DNA of 59,764 bases from Solirubrobacteraceae bacterium (GTDB lineage Bacteria > Actinomycetota > Thermoleophilia > Solirubrobacterales > Solirubrobacteraceae), in the NCBI GenBank assembly GCA_036520135.1, contig DATDKF010000003.1, positions 1-59,764 on the forward strand. The letters are read 5' to 3'. Each line of letters opens with the position of its first letter. Position 1 is the stretch's first letter. The notes beneath the pieces are model-generated. The model was given only the letters and a program-made list of their open reading frames with translations, was not told the origin of the DNA and ran no database searches. The translations under genes and the position numbers were made by a program. Positions 18,432 through 27,357 of this stretch are shown here, piece after piece.

Positions 18432-19508
18432 CTACTCCACCACCGCGACCTCGACCGAGGCGATGCCCGGGAGGTAGCTCGCGATCTCCGACCAGGTCTC
18501 GCCCTCGTCGGTGCTCGCGAACAGCTGGCCGGTGCTGGTGCCGAAGTACAGCCCTGGCTCGTCGAGCGCGTCAATCGCCATGCCCTCGCGCAGGACGCCG
18601 AGGTGGGCGTCGCGGTGCGGGAGGCCCTCGTCGAGCCGCTGCCAGCTCGCGCCGGCGTCGCGCGTGCGCCAGACCGCCGCGTGACCCTCGGGCATGAAGC
18701 GGCCGTGCCCGGCGTCGAGCGGGATCACGTAGAACGAGTCGCGGTCGTGCGGGTGGGCGGCAGCGGCGAAGCCGAAGTCGCTCGGCAGCCCCTCGGTTAT
18801 CTCGGTCCACGAGGCGCCCATGTCGTCGCTGCGGTGCATGCCGCAGTGGTTCTGCTGGTAGAGCCGGTCGTGGTCGGCCGGGGACATGACGAGCTTGTGG
18901 ACGCAGTAGCCGACCGCGGGATCGTCGAGCGGCCAGTCGGCCCGCAGGCCACGGTTGCGCGGCGTCCACGAGCCGCCGTCGTCGGTCGTCTCGAAGATCC
19001 CGTAGCCCTGGACGACGGCCCAGAAGCGCGCCGGATCGTCGGGGTGCGGGAGGATCGCCGGCAGCCCGAGATGGCCGGGCGGCTGCTTGGCGGGATCGTT
19101 CCAGTCGCCGCGGCCCGGCTGGCCGTCGAGCGTCGACAGCAGCGCCCACGTGCGCCCGCCGTCGCGACTCTCGAACACGCCGGCCGCCTCCGCGCCGGCG
19201 AGCAGCCGCCCGTGCGCGGGGGTGAGGCCGGAGACCTTCGAGAGCTTCAGCTCGCCGTCGCCGTAGTTCAGCCCTTCGCTGGAGACCTCCCACGTCTCGC
19301 CGAGGTCCTCGCTGCGCCACACGCCCGCGCCGTGCCACTCGCTCGCGGCCGCCGCGTACAGCGCGCCGGACCCCGGGTCGTGCACGGCGTGATAGATCGG
19401 CCAGCCCTCGCAGTACGGGCCGCGCACGCTCCAGTCGCGGCGGTCGCCGTCGCTCTCGAGCACGAAGCACCCCTTGCGCGTCCCCACCAGCACCAGTACT
19501 CGCGGCAT
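18432..19508 (-). CDS. Six-bladed Asp-box (BNR/sialidase-like) beta-propeller protein
   Basis: 358 aa with six SxDxGxTW-type boxes: SEDLGETW, SRDGGRTW, TTDDGGSW, SDDMGASW, TRDAGASW and STDEGETW. Confidence 0.85.
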   Translation of the reverse strand: MPRVLVLVGTRKGCFVLESDGDRRDWSVRGPYCEGWPIYHAVHDPGSGALYAAAASEWHGAGVWRSEDLGETWEVSSEGLNYGDGELKLSKVSGLTPAHGRLLAGAEAAGVFESRDGGRTWALLSTLDGQPGRGDWNDPAKQPPGHLGLPAILPHPDDPARFWAVVQGYGIFETTDDGGSWTPRNRGLRADWPLDDPAVGYCVHKLVMSPADHDRLYQQNHCGMHRSDDMGASWTEITEGLPSDFGFAAAAHPHDRDSFYVIPLDAGHGRFMPEGHAAVWRTRDAGASWQRLDEGLPHRDAHLGVLREGMAIDALDEPGLYFGTSTGQLFASTDEGETWSEIASYLPGIASVEVAVVE

Positions 19509-19563
19509 GGATCACTCTCCTCGTCGTCCAAGATGCCGTTAAGACCGTCCGGCGACGAGAAAC

Positions 19564-20091
19564 TCATCGCAGCGGCCAGGGCGAGCGCGCCGGCCGGATC
19601 GGCGGGCGGTCCTTGTAGGCCTCCTCCGACGAGCCGGTCTCGGTCGCGACCGAGTGGCCGTAGCGGGCGGCGGCGGGCTCGGGCAGATAGCGCGTGACCT
19701 CGTCCGGCGACCGCGTGCCGACCATGAGGATCGCGCACGGGCCGTCGCCGGCGCCGATCGTGATGTGCCCGGTGTTCGGCGCGCAGTGGAAGTAGTCCCA
19801 CGAGCCCATCCGGCGCTCCTCGCCCTCGACGATCAGCCGGCACTCGCCGGACAGCACGAGGAAGCCCTCCTGCTGGTCCTCGGCGTGGTACATGCCCGGC
19901 GCCTCGCCGGGCCACAGCACGTGGATGCCGATGCCGAGCGTGCGTGATCGCGCCGCCGGCGACTCGAAGACGCACCAGCTGCCGCCGTTCTCGACTGTCG
20001 CCCAGCCGATCTCGGCGGCGTTGAGGATGAACCAGCCGTCGTCGGCCGGGACCTTGCCGGTCTCGGTCTCCTCGATCCGCGCCTCGGGCAT
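19564..20091 (-). CDS. Cupin domain protein
   Basis: 175 aa with an HAEDQQEGFLVLSGE ... HCAPNTGH cupin core. Confidence 0.8.
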   Translation of the reverse strand: MPEARIEETETGKVPADDGWFILNAAEIGWATVENGGSWCVFESPAARSRTLGIGIHVLWPGEAPGMYHAEDQQEGFLVLSGECRLIVEGEERRMGSWDYFHCAPNTGHITIGAGDGPCAILMVGTRSPDEVTRYLPEPAAARYGHSVATETGSSEEAYKDRPPIRPARSPWPLR

Positions 20092-20092
20092 C

Positions 20093-20362
20093 TCAAGCGG
20101 CGTAGCGCTCGGCCGCGCGGGCCCGCGCCTTGGCCGCCTCGACCTCTCGGTCCTTCGGCGGAGCGGTCGTCTCGAGCTCGGCCAGCAGGTGCATCGAGGC
20201 GTGCGCGACGGCGTCGACGGCCCGGTTGAAGGCCTCCTCGTTCGCGCGCGAGGGCTTGGTGAACCCGCTGACCTTGCGGACGTACTGGAGCGCGGCCGCG
20301 CGGACCTCCTCGTCGGTCGCGGCGGGCTCGAAGTTGTAGAGCGTGCGGATGTTTCGGCACAT
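20093..20362 (-). CDS. DUF2277-like small protein
   Basis: 89 aa. MCRNIRTLYNFEPAATDEEV...YVRKVSGFTKPS matches my recollection of DUF2277. Confidence 0.7.
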   Translation of the reverse strand: MCRNIRTLYNFEPAATDEEVRAAALQYVRKVSGFTKPSRANEEAFNRAVDAVAHASMHLLAELETTAPPKDREVEAAKARARAAERYAA

Positions 20363-20376
20363 GCCTTCAGCCTACG

Positions 20377-21066
20377 TCACCGCACGGTCCAGCCGCCGTC
20401 GACCGGCAGATGGACGCCGGTGGTCCGGGAGGCGGCGGGCGAGAGCAGCCAGCAGACCGCCTCCGCGACCGCGTCGGCGGACACCGCGCCGCCGCCGAGC
20501 GGCTGCAGCTCGCGCAGCCGGGCGGCGATCCGCTCGTCGCCGATCGCGCGGCGCGCCATCGGCGTGTCGGCAAGGCCGGGCTCGACGACGTTCACGCGGA
20601 TCCCCTCGGCCGCGCCCTCGAGAGCCGCGGTCCGCACGAGCCCGCGCAGGCCCGCCTTGCCGGTCGCGTAGGCGGCCGTCAGGAAGTCGGGGTCGGCGTG
20701 CTCGGCGAGCACCGAGCCGACGGCCACGAACGACCCGCCGCCGGCACGCCGGAACGCGGGAAAGGCCGCGCGCAGCAGCCGGAACGCCGATTCGAGGTTG
20801 ACGCGCAGCACCTCGGCCCAGCCCTCGTCCGTGCACGCGCTCGGCGGCCCGTCGCCGAGGCTGCGGCCGCTCATCCCGACCGCGTGCACGACGCCCTCCA
20901 GCGGCCCGAGCCGCTCGGCCTCCGCCACCGCCTCCTCGGCGCCGCCGGGCCGCGTGACGTCGACGCGCTCGCGGTCGACCCCCAGCACGCGATGCCCGTC
21001 CCGCTCGAGCCGCCCGACGCAGGCGCCGCCGATTCCGCCGGCCGCGCCGGCCACCAGCACATTCAC
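20377..21066 (-). CDS. SDR-family oxidoreductase
   Basis: This is the C-terminal 229 aa of track ORF 20377..22461, with VLVAGAAGGIGGA and YATGKAG (YxxxK). GTG 21066 forms a GTGA overlap with the MMPL stop. Confidence 0.85.
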   Translation of the reverse strand: MNVLVAGAAGGIGGACVGRLERDGHRVLGVDRERVDVTRPGGAEEAVAEAERLGPLEGVVHAVGMSGRSLGDGPPSACTDEGWAEVLRVNLESAFRLLRAAFPAFRRAGGGSFVAVGSVLAEHADPDFLTAAYATGKAGLRGLVRTAALEGAAEGIRVNVVEPGLADTPMARRAIGDERIAARLRELQPLGGGAVSADAVAEAVCWLLSPAASRTTGVHLPVDGGWTVR

Positions 21067-23195
21067 GCGGTCACGCGGTCCTGCTCGGTCTCGTGCATCG
21101 TGTGCCCGCCGCCGGTCGCGGTCGACGGCCACCACGCGCGGTCGCCGACCAGCTCGATGATCGCCGGGACCATGATCGTGCGGACCACGAACGTGTCGAG
21201 CAGGATGCCGACGGCGACCATGAACCCGAGGTCGAAGATGAACGTGACCGGCAGGGTCATCAGCACCGAGAACGTGCCGGCGAGGATGATGCCCGCGCTC
21301 GTGATCACCGGCCCGGTCGCCGCCAGCGCGCGCAGCGTGCCCTCGCGGGTGCCGTACCGGCGCGCCTCCTCGCGCACGCGGCTCATCAGGAAGATCGTGT
21401 AGTCGATCCCGAGCGCGACGAGGAAGATGAACGCGTAGGTCGGCAGCGAGTTGTCGACGCCGGCGTCGCCGATCACGAAGCGGAAGAACAGGATCGACAG
21501 CCCGAGCGTCCCGACGAACGAGATGACCACCGAGCCGATCAGCAGCAGCGGGGCGACGATCGCCTCGAGCAGCACGGCGAGGATCACGAAGATCACGAGC
21601 AGCGCGAGCGGCACGATCAGCTGGAGGTCGCGCGCCGCCGCGTCGTTGAAGTCGGCCTGCACGGCGCTGCCGTCGCCGACCAGCACACGGGTCCCGGCCG
21701 GCGCGGCGGCGTGCAATCGGTCGCGCAGCAGCTCGGCGCGATCGAGCGCCGAGGCCTCGAACGGGTCGTCGTCGAAGATCACGGTGAGCCGCGCGGCCGA
21801 GCCGTCGGTCGAGCGAGCGCTGCCGCTGTCGACCGACGCGACGCCGCGCACCCCGAGCGCGGTCTTGCGGACCGCCGCCACGTCGGCGTCGCTGACCTGC
21901 CCGCCGTCGCGCACGACGAGCACGGTCGTCGGCACGAGCGCGCCGGCGGGGAGCGAGCTGCGCAGGACGTCGAAGCCGTCGGCGCTCTCGGTCTGCTTCT
22001 TGAAGAAACCGGTGACGCTGTAGTCCTCCTTGTAGGCCAGCAGCCCGAACGCGCCGGCCGTGAACAGCACGAGCGTGACCGCGAGCGCCGAGGCCGGCCG
22101 CTGCAGGACCCGGGCGCCGACCCGGCGCCAGATGCCGGCGTGCTCCTCCGGCGGCCCCTCGGGGTGGAACGCGACGATGGCGCGGCGCGGCCAGAAACCG
22201 CGGCGGCCCGCCACCGTAAGCAGCGCGGGCAGCAGCGAGAGGCCGGCGACGAACGCCACCGTCACGCCGATCGCCGAGACCGGACCGAGCGAGTGCGTGC
22301 TGCCGACGTCGGCGAGCAGCAGCACGAGCATCGTCAGGGCGACGGTCAAGCCGCTGGCGAGGATCGGCGGCCCCGCGCGCCGTAGCGCGTGCTCCATCGC
22401 CTCGTGCTTGTCCTGGTAGCGCCCCAGCTCCTCGCGGTAGCGGGACACCAGCAAGAGGCAATAGTCGGTCCCGACACCGAACATCAGGACGACGAGGATC
22501 GTGGCGCCGTTGTCGCTCACCGTCGCGCCCGACTTGGCGTACAGGTAGACGAAGCCCTGAGCGATGCTGTAGGCGATCCCGACGACCACGAGCGGGATCA
22601 GCGCGATCAGCGGCGCGCGGTAGATCAGCAACAGCAGCGCGATCACGAGCACGACCGTGACGCCCAGGACCTTCACGTCGATGTCGCCGAAGACCTCCTC
22701 GAAGTCGGCGTTGAAGCCGACGCCACCGGTGACGTATACGTTCAGCCCGTCGCGGTCGCCCGAGCGGACCGCCTCACGCAGGTCCTTGCCCCAGCCGGCG
22801 ATCTTGTCGTTGTCGTCGGGCAGCGCCACCGCGAAGTACGCGACCTCGCCGCCCGGCGAGACGACCGGGTCCGACGGCTTGCCGACGAGCGGCAGCGTCT
22901 TGGCGGCCGCCGCGGCGTCGGCGGTCATGGCGTCGCGGTCCGCGGGCGTGAGCCCGCCGTCGCGCTGGTAGACGACGAGGCCGCCGACGGTCTCGCCGCC
23001 CGCGAAGCGCTGCTCCTGGATCCGCAGCGCCTCCGTCGACTCGGCGTTCGGCGGCAGGAAGCTCTCGGTTCGGTTGTCGGTGACGTCGCCGAGCTTCTGA
23101 CCGAGCGGTGCGAGCGCGGACAGCAGCACCACCCAGGCGAGCAGGACGAACCACTTGGTTCGGCGCCCCGTCACGATCCTCGCCAGCGCGCGCAT
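21063..23195 (-). CDS. MMPL-family (RND superfamily) membrane transporter
   Basis: 710 aa with two 6-TM bundles, each preceded by a soluble loop, which is the typical MMPL layout. Confidence 0.92.
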   Translation of the reverse strand: MRALARIVTGRRTKWFVLLAWVVLLSALAPLGQKLGDVTDNRTESFLPPNAESTEALRIQEQRFAGGETVGGLVVYQRDGGLTPADRDAMTADAAAAAKTLPLVGKPSDPVVSPGGEVAYFAVALPDDNDKIAGWGKDLREAVRSGDRDGLNVYVTGGVGFNADFEEVFGDIDVKVLGVTVVLVIALLLLIYRAPLIALIPLVVVGIAYSIAQGFVYLYAKSGATVSDNGATILVVLMFGVGTDYCLLLVSRYREELGRYQDKHEAMEHALRRAGPPILASGLTVALTMLVLLLADVGSTHSLGPVSAIGVTVAFVAGLSLLPALLTVAGRRGFWPRRAIVAFHPEGPPEEHAGIWRRVGARVLQRPASALAVTLVLFTAGAFGLLAYKEDYSVTGFFKKQTESADGFDVLRSSLPAGALVPTTVLVVRDGGQVSDADVAAVRKTALGVRGVASVDSGSARSTDGSAARLTVIFDDDPFEASALDRAELLRDRLHAAAPAGTRVLVGDGSAVQADFNDAAARDLQLIVPLALLVIFVILAVLLEAIVAPLLLIGSVVISFVGTLGLSILFFRFVIGDAGVDNSLPTYAFIFLVALGIDYTIFLMSRVREEARRYGTREGTLRALAATGPVITSAGIILAGTFSVLMTLPVTFIFDLGFMVAVGILLDTFVVRTIMVPAIIELVGDRAWWPSTATGGGHTMHETEQDRVTA

Positions 23196-23314
23196 CGGCG
23201 GCGCTCACGCTACGCGGGAACCCTCGACCCAGTCAAACGTACGGTAGGCCCTACCCCCGAATTGGTGGTATCCGGCTCCAAACCGGGGCGCAACTGCCGA
23301 ATACTCGGGCTGTC

Positions 23315-23668
23315 ATGTTCGATCGCGCGCGCAATCGCCTCCGGGGCAAGGCCGCTCAGCCGGACCCGGACCTGCACCTGGAGTCCTGCGCGATGTGCAA
23401 GGCCGACTTCGTGAACCCCGTCGACTGGGAGCCCGTCGGCGACACGCACTGGTGGATGCTGCTGCGCTGCGGCGCCTGCGACACCTGGCGCGAGGTGACC
23501 GTCGCGAACGCGGTCGCGACGCGCTTCGACCTCGAGCTCGACCGCCGGATGGACACGCTGGCGCGCGCGTTCGAGAAGCTCGACCGCACGCGGATGGCCG
23601 CCGAGGTCGAGACGATGATCCAAGCGCTGCGCCAGGGTCTCGTGGACGCAGCGGACTTCGCGCGCTGA
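23315..23668 (+). CDS. Hypothetical small protein with CxxC...CxxC zinc-ribbon-like motif
   Basis: Starts at the internal ATG 23315. The motifs are ESCAMCKADF and LRCGACDTW, followed by a helical tail. Confidence 0.6.
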   Translation: MFDRARNRLRGKAAQPDPDLHLESCAMCKADFVNPVDWEPVGDTHWWMLLRCGACDTWREVTVANAVATRFDLELDRRMDTLARAFEKLDRTRMAAEVETMIQALRQGLVDAADFAR

Positions 23669-23687
23669 CGCGCTTGAATATCCGGCG

Positions 23688-24527
23688 ATGCTGGGAGTCG
23701 CCGCCACCGCCGCCACGATCGTGGGCTGCCCGCTGTTCGGGCCGTCGTTCGCCACCAACCAGCGCGTCGACCACATGCCGGTCGCCGCGAACTCTGCTGC
23801 GATCGTCCGTTCAATCGGGCTCGACGACCACTTCCATGCCGACTTCGGGTCCGGCCGCTGGGAGGGCAGCCCGATCGGCATCCCGTACACGGTCGTCAAC
23901 CGCCGGACGCACCGCTCGAAGGTCCGCTTCGCCTACGCCGACGAGTCCGACCGCGTCCGCTACCCGATCCCGCCGAACGTGAGGATCGAGGGCGGCGGGG
24001 ACCGCCACGCGCTGCTGGTCGACCGCTCGCGCTGCAAGCTCTTCGAGCTGTACGCGCTGCGGCGCGAGAACGGCCGCTGGAGCGCCGGCTCGGGCGCGAC
24101 GTGGAACCTGCGCCGGTTCCGGGCGCGCCCGAAGGGCTGGACGTCGGCCGACGCGGCGGGCCTCCCGATCCTGCCCCTGCTCGCGCGGCCCGGGAAGGGG
24201 CCGATCCGCCACGCACTGCGCGTGACGGTCTCCGAGACGCGCAGCGCGTTCGTCTGGCCCGCCCGCCACCAGGCGTCGGACCGCAGCGACCCGTCGCTGC
24301 CGCGGATGGGCGAGCGGCTGCGACTGAAGGCGAGCGTCGACATCGCGCGCTTCCCGCGCCAGGCGCGCCGGGTGGCCCAGGCGATGCGGACCTACGGCCT
24401 GATCGTGGCCGACAACGGGTCCGACTGGTTCGTCTCGGGCGTGCCGAGCCCGCGCTGGGACAACGACCAGCTGCAGGCGCTCGACGTGCTGTCGGGGCGC
24501 GACTTCGAAGTGGTCGACACACGGTGA
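23688..24527 (+). CDS. Conserved hypothetical protein (no family assigned)
   Basis: 279-aa ORF with coding-like composition. No motif was recognised. Confidence 0.7.
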   Translation: MLGVAATAATIVGCPLFGPSFATNQRVDHMPVAANSAAIVRSIGLDDHFHADFGSGRWEGSPIGIPYTVVNRRTHRSKVRFAYADESDRVRYPIPPNVRIEGGGDRHALLVDRSRCKLFELYALRRENGRWSAGSGATWNLRRFRARPKGWTSADAAGLPILPLLARPGKGPIRHALRVTVSETRSAFVWPARHQASDRSDPSLPRMGERLRLKASVDIARFPRQARRVAQAMRTYGLIVADNGSDWFVSGVPSPRWDNDQLQALDVLSGRDFEVVDTR

Positions 24528-24552
24528 TCCGGAAGTCTGGCCGTGGCCGGCA

Positions 24553-25374
24553 CTACGGGCGCCAGCCGGGCCCGCGCAACGCGATCTGCGCGCGCAACCG
24601 CCACCCCCGCGCCGCACGCAGGTCGCGCATGAGCGCGGCGTACTCGCCGAACGCCACGCGCACGGGGTTGTGCGCGTCGATGTTCTTCGTCAGCCCGTAG
24701 CGCACGCGCTCGGACTCGGGGATGAAGCTCCCGAAGATCCGGTCCCAGACGATCAGGATGCCGCCGTAGTTGCGGTCCAGGTACTGCTCGTTGGCGCCGT
24801 GGTGGACGCGGTGGTGGCTCGGCGTGTTGAACACGGCCTCGATCGGCCGCGGCAGGCGCCCGATGCGCTCGGTGTGCAGGCCGAACTGGTAGATCAAGCT
24901 CCACGACTGCGCGAGCAGGACCATCCACGGCGGGAAGCCGACGAGCAGCAGCGGCAGCCAGAACGGCAGGTAGGTCATCGGCACCCACGTCTGGCGCAGG
25001 GCGGTCGACAGGTTGAAGTGCCGGCTCGAGTGATGGACGACGTGGCTGGCCCAGAAGAACCGGCTCACGTGCGAGATCCGGTGGAACCAGTAGTAGGCGA
25101 GGTCGTCGGCGAGGAACAGCGCGACCCAGAGCCACCAATCGTGGTTGTCGAGCCGCAGCGGGGTGAGCTCGCACAACGCGGCGTAGATCGTGAGGACGCC
25201 GAGCTTCCAGGCGACGTTGATCGTCACGTTGCCGAGCCCCATCGTGACGCTCGTGCGCGTGTCGGCGAGCTCGTAGCCGACGAGGGCGTCCTCGTGGTAG
25301 TGGCGGAAGCTGATCGCCTCGACGACGAGCAGCAGGACGAAGAACGGGATCGCGTAGTAGAGGACCTCGACCAT
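24553..25374 (-). CDS. Fatty acid hydroxylase / sterol desaturase family di-iron membrane protein
   Basis: Histidine boxes HRISH, HVVHH and HHRVHH together with TM segments. The start shares 1 nt with the GntR stop (TGATG). Confidence 0.88.
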   Translation of the reverse strand: MVEVLYYAIPFFVLLLVVEAISFRHYHEDALVGYELADTRTSVTMGLGNVTINVAWKLGVLTIYAALCELTPLRLDNHDWWLWVALFLADDLAYYWFHRISHVSRFFWASHVVHHSSRHFNLSTALRQTWVPMTYLPFWLPLLLVGFPPWMVLLAQSWSLIYQFGLHTERIGRLPRPIEAVFNTPSHHRVHHGANEQYLDRNYGGILIVWDRIFGSFIPESERVRYGLTKNIDAHNPVRVAFGEYAALMRDLRAARGWRLRAQIALRGPGWRP

Positions 25375-26018
25375 CAGGCGGACCGCTCCAGGAGCTCGCG
25401 GGCGCGCGCGTGCGCGGCGTCCGCGTCGGCGACGGCGATCGCCGCGGCGAGCGCGCGGATCGCGCCGGGGTCGTCGAGCTCGGCCGCGATCAGCCGCGCG
25501 TCGAGGTCCAGCGCCTGCTGGCCGCTTACGAGCGTGTTAAGCGCGAGCCGGTAGGCGAGATTGTCGGCGCCGTCGATGATCAGGTCCCAGAACGCCTCGT
25601 AGATCGCGTTCCGCGCGTCGAGCGCGACCTCGGCCGCGAGCATCTCCGCCCGCGCCTCGAGCTCTGCGCGGACCACGGCGTTCGCCCGCGCGGCGCAGCG
25701 GCGCGCCGCGTCGGCGCCAACGCTCGCGCGCATCTCGAGGATCGCCCGCTCGATCTCCAGGCCGGCGGGAAGCTCGTCGAGCTCGAGCAGCAGCTCCAGC
25801 CCACCGTGCCGCCGCCAGTCGCGCACGCGCGTGGCGCCGCCCTGGCTGATCCTGACGAGGCCGGCCTGCTGCAGGCGCTTGAGCGCCTCGCGCACGGCGT
25901 GACGGCTGGCGCCGAGGTCCTCGGCCAGTCGGCGCTCGGACGGGAGCTCGCCGAGATCGCCGGCCAGGATCCGTGCTCGGAGGTCCTCGTAGATGCGCGC
26001 ACTGGTTGTACCAGTCAC
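25374..26018 (-). CDS. GntR/FadR-family transcriptional regulator
   Basis: Contains the HTH ERRLAEDLGASRHAVREALKRLQQAGLV plus a helical FCD-like domain. The start is GTG at 26018. Confidence 0.88.
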   Translation of the reverse strand: MTGTTSARIYEDLRARILAGDLGELPSERRLAEDLGASRHAVREALKRLQQAGLVRISQGGATRVRDWRRHGGLELLLELDELPAGLEIERAILEMRASVGADAARRCAARANAVVRAELEARAEMLAAEVALDARNAIYEAFWDLIIDGADNLAYRLALNTLVSGQQALDLDARLIAAELDDPGAIRALAAAIAVADADAAHARARELLERSA

Positions 26019-26037
26019 GGCGACTGGTTGTACCAGT
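26001..26037. promoter_or_regulatory. Two direct copies of the GntR-type palindromic operator ACTGGTTGTACCAGT
   Basis: Identical 15-mers lie at 26001-26015 (inside codons 2-6 of the GntR gene) and 26023-26037 (immediately upstream), 22 bp centre to centre. The arms ACTGGT/ACCAGT fit the GntR-family GT-N-AC operator logic. Confidence 0.55.
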
Positions 26038-26076
26038 GATGCCGGCGAACGTCAACTGCTCTGAGTAAGGAAGACG

Positions 26077-26119
26077 GTGGCTAACGAATGTCCGCCCATA
26101 GCGGACAAACGTAAGCCAC
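26077..26119 (-). terminator. Hairpin downstream of RNase D gene (candidate intrinsic terminator)
   Basis: The 19-nt arms GTGGCTAACGAATGTCCGC and GCGGACAAACGTAAGCCAC pair at 16 of 19 positions around a 5-nt loop. On the minus strand the hairpin is followed by the moderately T-rich CGTCTTCCTTACT. Confidence 0.4.
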
Positions 26120-26214
26120 CCCCCTCCCGTGCCATCCCTCAATGCCGCCGCGCTCCTCTCGCTCATACTCGCCGCCGCCATGGCCGGCCCAGTGATCGCC
26201 CAGCGCAAGGGGCT

Positions 26215-27357
26215 CTAGCCGTCGACGTCGATCCGGCCGCCGGGGCCCACGCGCTGGGCCCGGCGGCCGGCCAGCAGTTCGAGCAGCTCGGCGCCGACCA
26301 GCTCGCGCCGCCAGCCGCGCAGCGTGCGCACGTCCGGCTCGGCGTCGCCGCGCCGGACCGACACGACGATCGGGGCGAGGTCGGCGCGCGCAGCGATCAG
26401 CTCGTACGCGAGGCCGGCCTCCTGCGCGCGAGCGCGGACGAGCGACTCGGCGAGCGCGATCACCGGCCCGTCCTGCGCCTCGGTGCCGAGCCGCTCGCCC
26501 TCGTCGACGCTGATCGGCGGCGCGGCCTTGCCGCGCTGGATCGCCGCGATGATGTCCTCGCCGCGGCGGCGCACGACGTCGGGGTTCACGCCGCGGATCT
26601 GCGCCAGCTCGCGCCGGCCCGACGGCTGGCGCTTGGCCAGCTCGACCACCGTCGGATCGCGCACGACGGCGCCGACCGGCCGGTCCTCGCGCTCGGCGGT
26701 GCGCTCGCGCCAGGCGGCCAGCTCACGCGCCACCGCGCGCTCGCGCGGATCCAGGCCGGCGGCCCGCGGCAGCCGCCGCCAGACCTCCTCGGGGTCGCGT
26801 TCGTCGGACGCCAGCGCGACCACGCGGCACTCCTCGCGCGCCCATTCGAGCCGCCCGCGCGGCTCGAGCCGGGCGCGGATGTCGTCGGCCAGCGGCAGCA
26901 GGTGCTCGACGTCGCCGCGCGCGTAGCGGACCTGCTCGCCGGTCAGCGGCCGCGCGTCCCAGCGGGTGAAGCTCGCGGTCTTGGGCAGGCGGATGCGCAG
27001 GACGTCGTGCAGCAGCCCGCTGTAGCCGGCCTGCGCGGAGAAGCCCGCGAAGCCGGCGGCGACCTGCGTGTCGAACACCGACGTGACGTCGGTCCGCCAC
27101 TCGCGCCGCAGGATCGCCACGTCCTGGCGGCCGGCGTGCACGACGAGCTCCACGGCCGGATCAGCCAGCACGGCCGCCAGCGGCGCAGGGTCGAACCCGG
27201 CGAGCGGGTCGAGCACCCACACGTCGTTCTCGACGACGACCTGCACGAGGCACAGCAGCGGGCGGTACCGCCCCTCGGGCATGAACTCCGTGTCGAGCCC
27301 GAGGCGTCCCGCCTGCGTGGCTCGCGCCGCGATCCGTGCGACGTCAGGCTGGTCCAA
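26215..27357 (-). CDS. rnd: Ribonuclease D (DEDD 3'-5' exonuclease + HRDC)
   Basis: Contains the LGLDTEF, HAGRQD and YARGDVEHL exonuclease motifs and an HRDC-like middle. The start is proposed at TTG 27357 (LDQPDVARIAARATQAG), overlapping the GNAT gene end by 14 nt. Confidence 0.85.
   Translation of the reverse strand: MDQPDVARIAARATQAGRLGLDTEFMPEGRYRPLLCLVQVVVENDVWVLDPLAGFDPAPLAAVLADPAVELVVHAGRQDVAILRREWRTDVTSVFDTQVAAGFAGFSAQAGYSGLLHDVLRIRLPKTASFTRWDARPLTGEQVRYARGDVEHLLPLADDIRARLEPRGRLEWAREECRVVALASDERDPEEVWRRLPRAAGLDPRERAVARELAAWRERTAEREDRPVGAVVRDPTVVELAKRQPSGRRELAQIRGVNPDVVRRRGEDIIAAIQRGKAAPPISVDEGERLGTEAQDGPVIALAESLVRARAQEAGLAYELIAARADLAPIVVSVRRGDAEPDVRTLRGWRRELVGAELLELLAGRRAQRVGPGGRIDVDG

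Noticed and set aside
15447-19697. Two very long plus-strand ORFs (15447..17615 and 17619..19697)
   Set aside because: They span several well-supported genes on both strands (ALDH out of frame, AraC, cupin, MoaD, propeller). They are Arg/Gly/Pro/Ala-rich throughout, so they are GC artefacts.
23236-23250. Short palindrome GGTAGGCCCTACC upstream of the MMPL gene as an operator
   Set aside because: It has only 6-bp arms, occurs once, and no cognate regulator gene is adjacent. The evidence is too weak to call.
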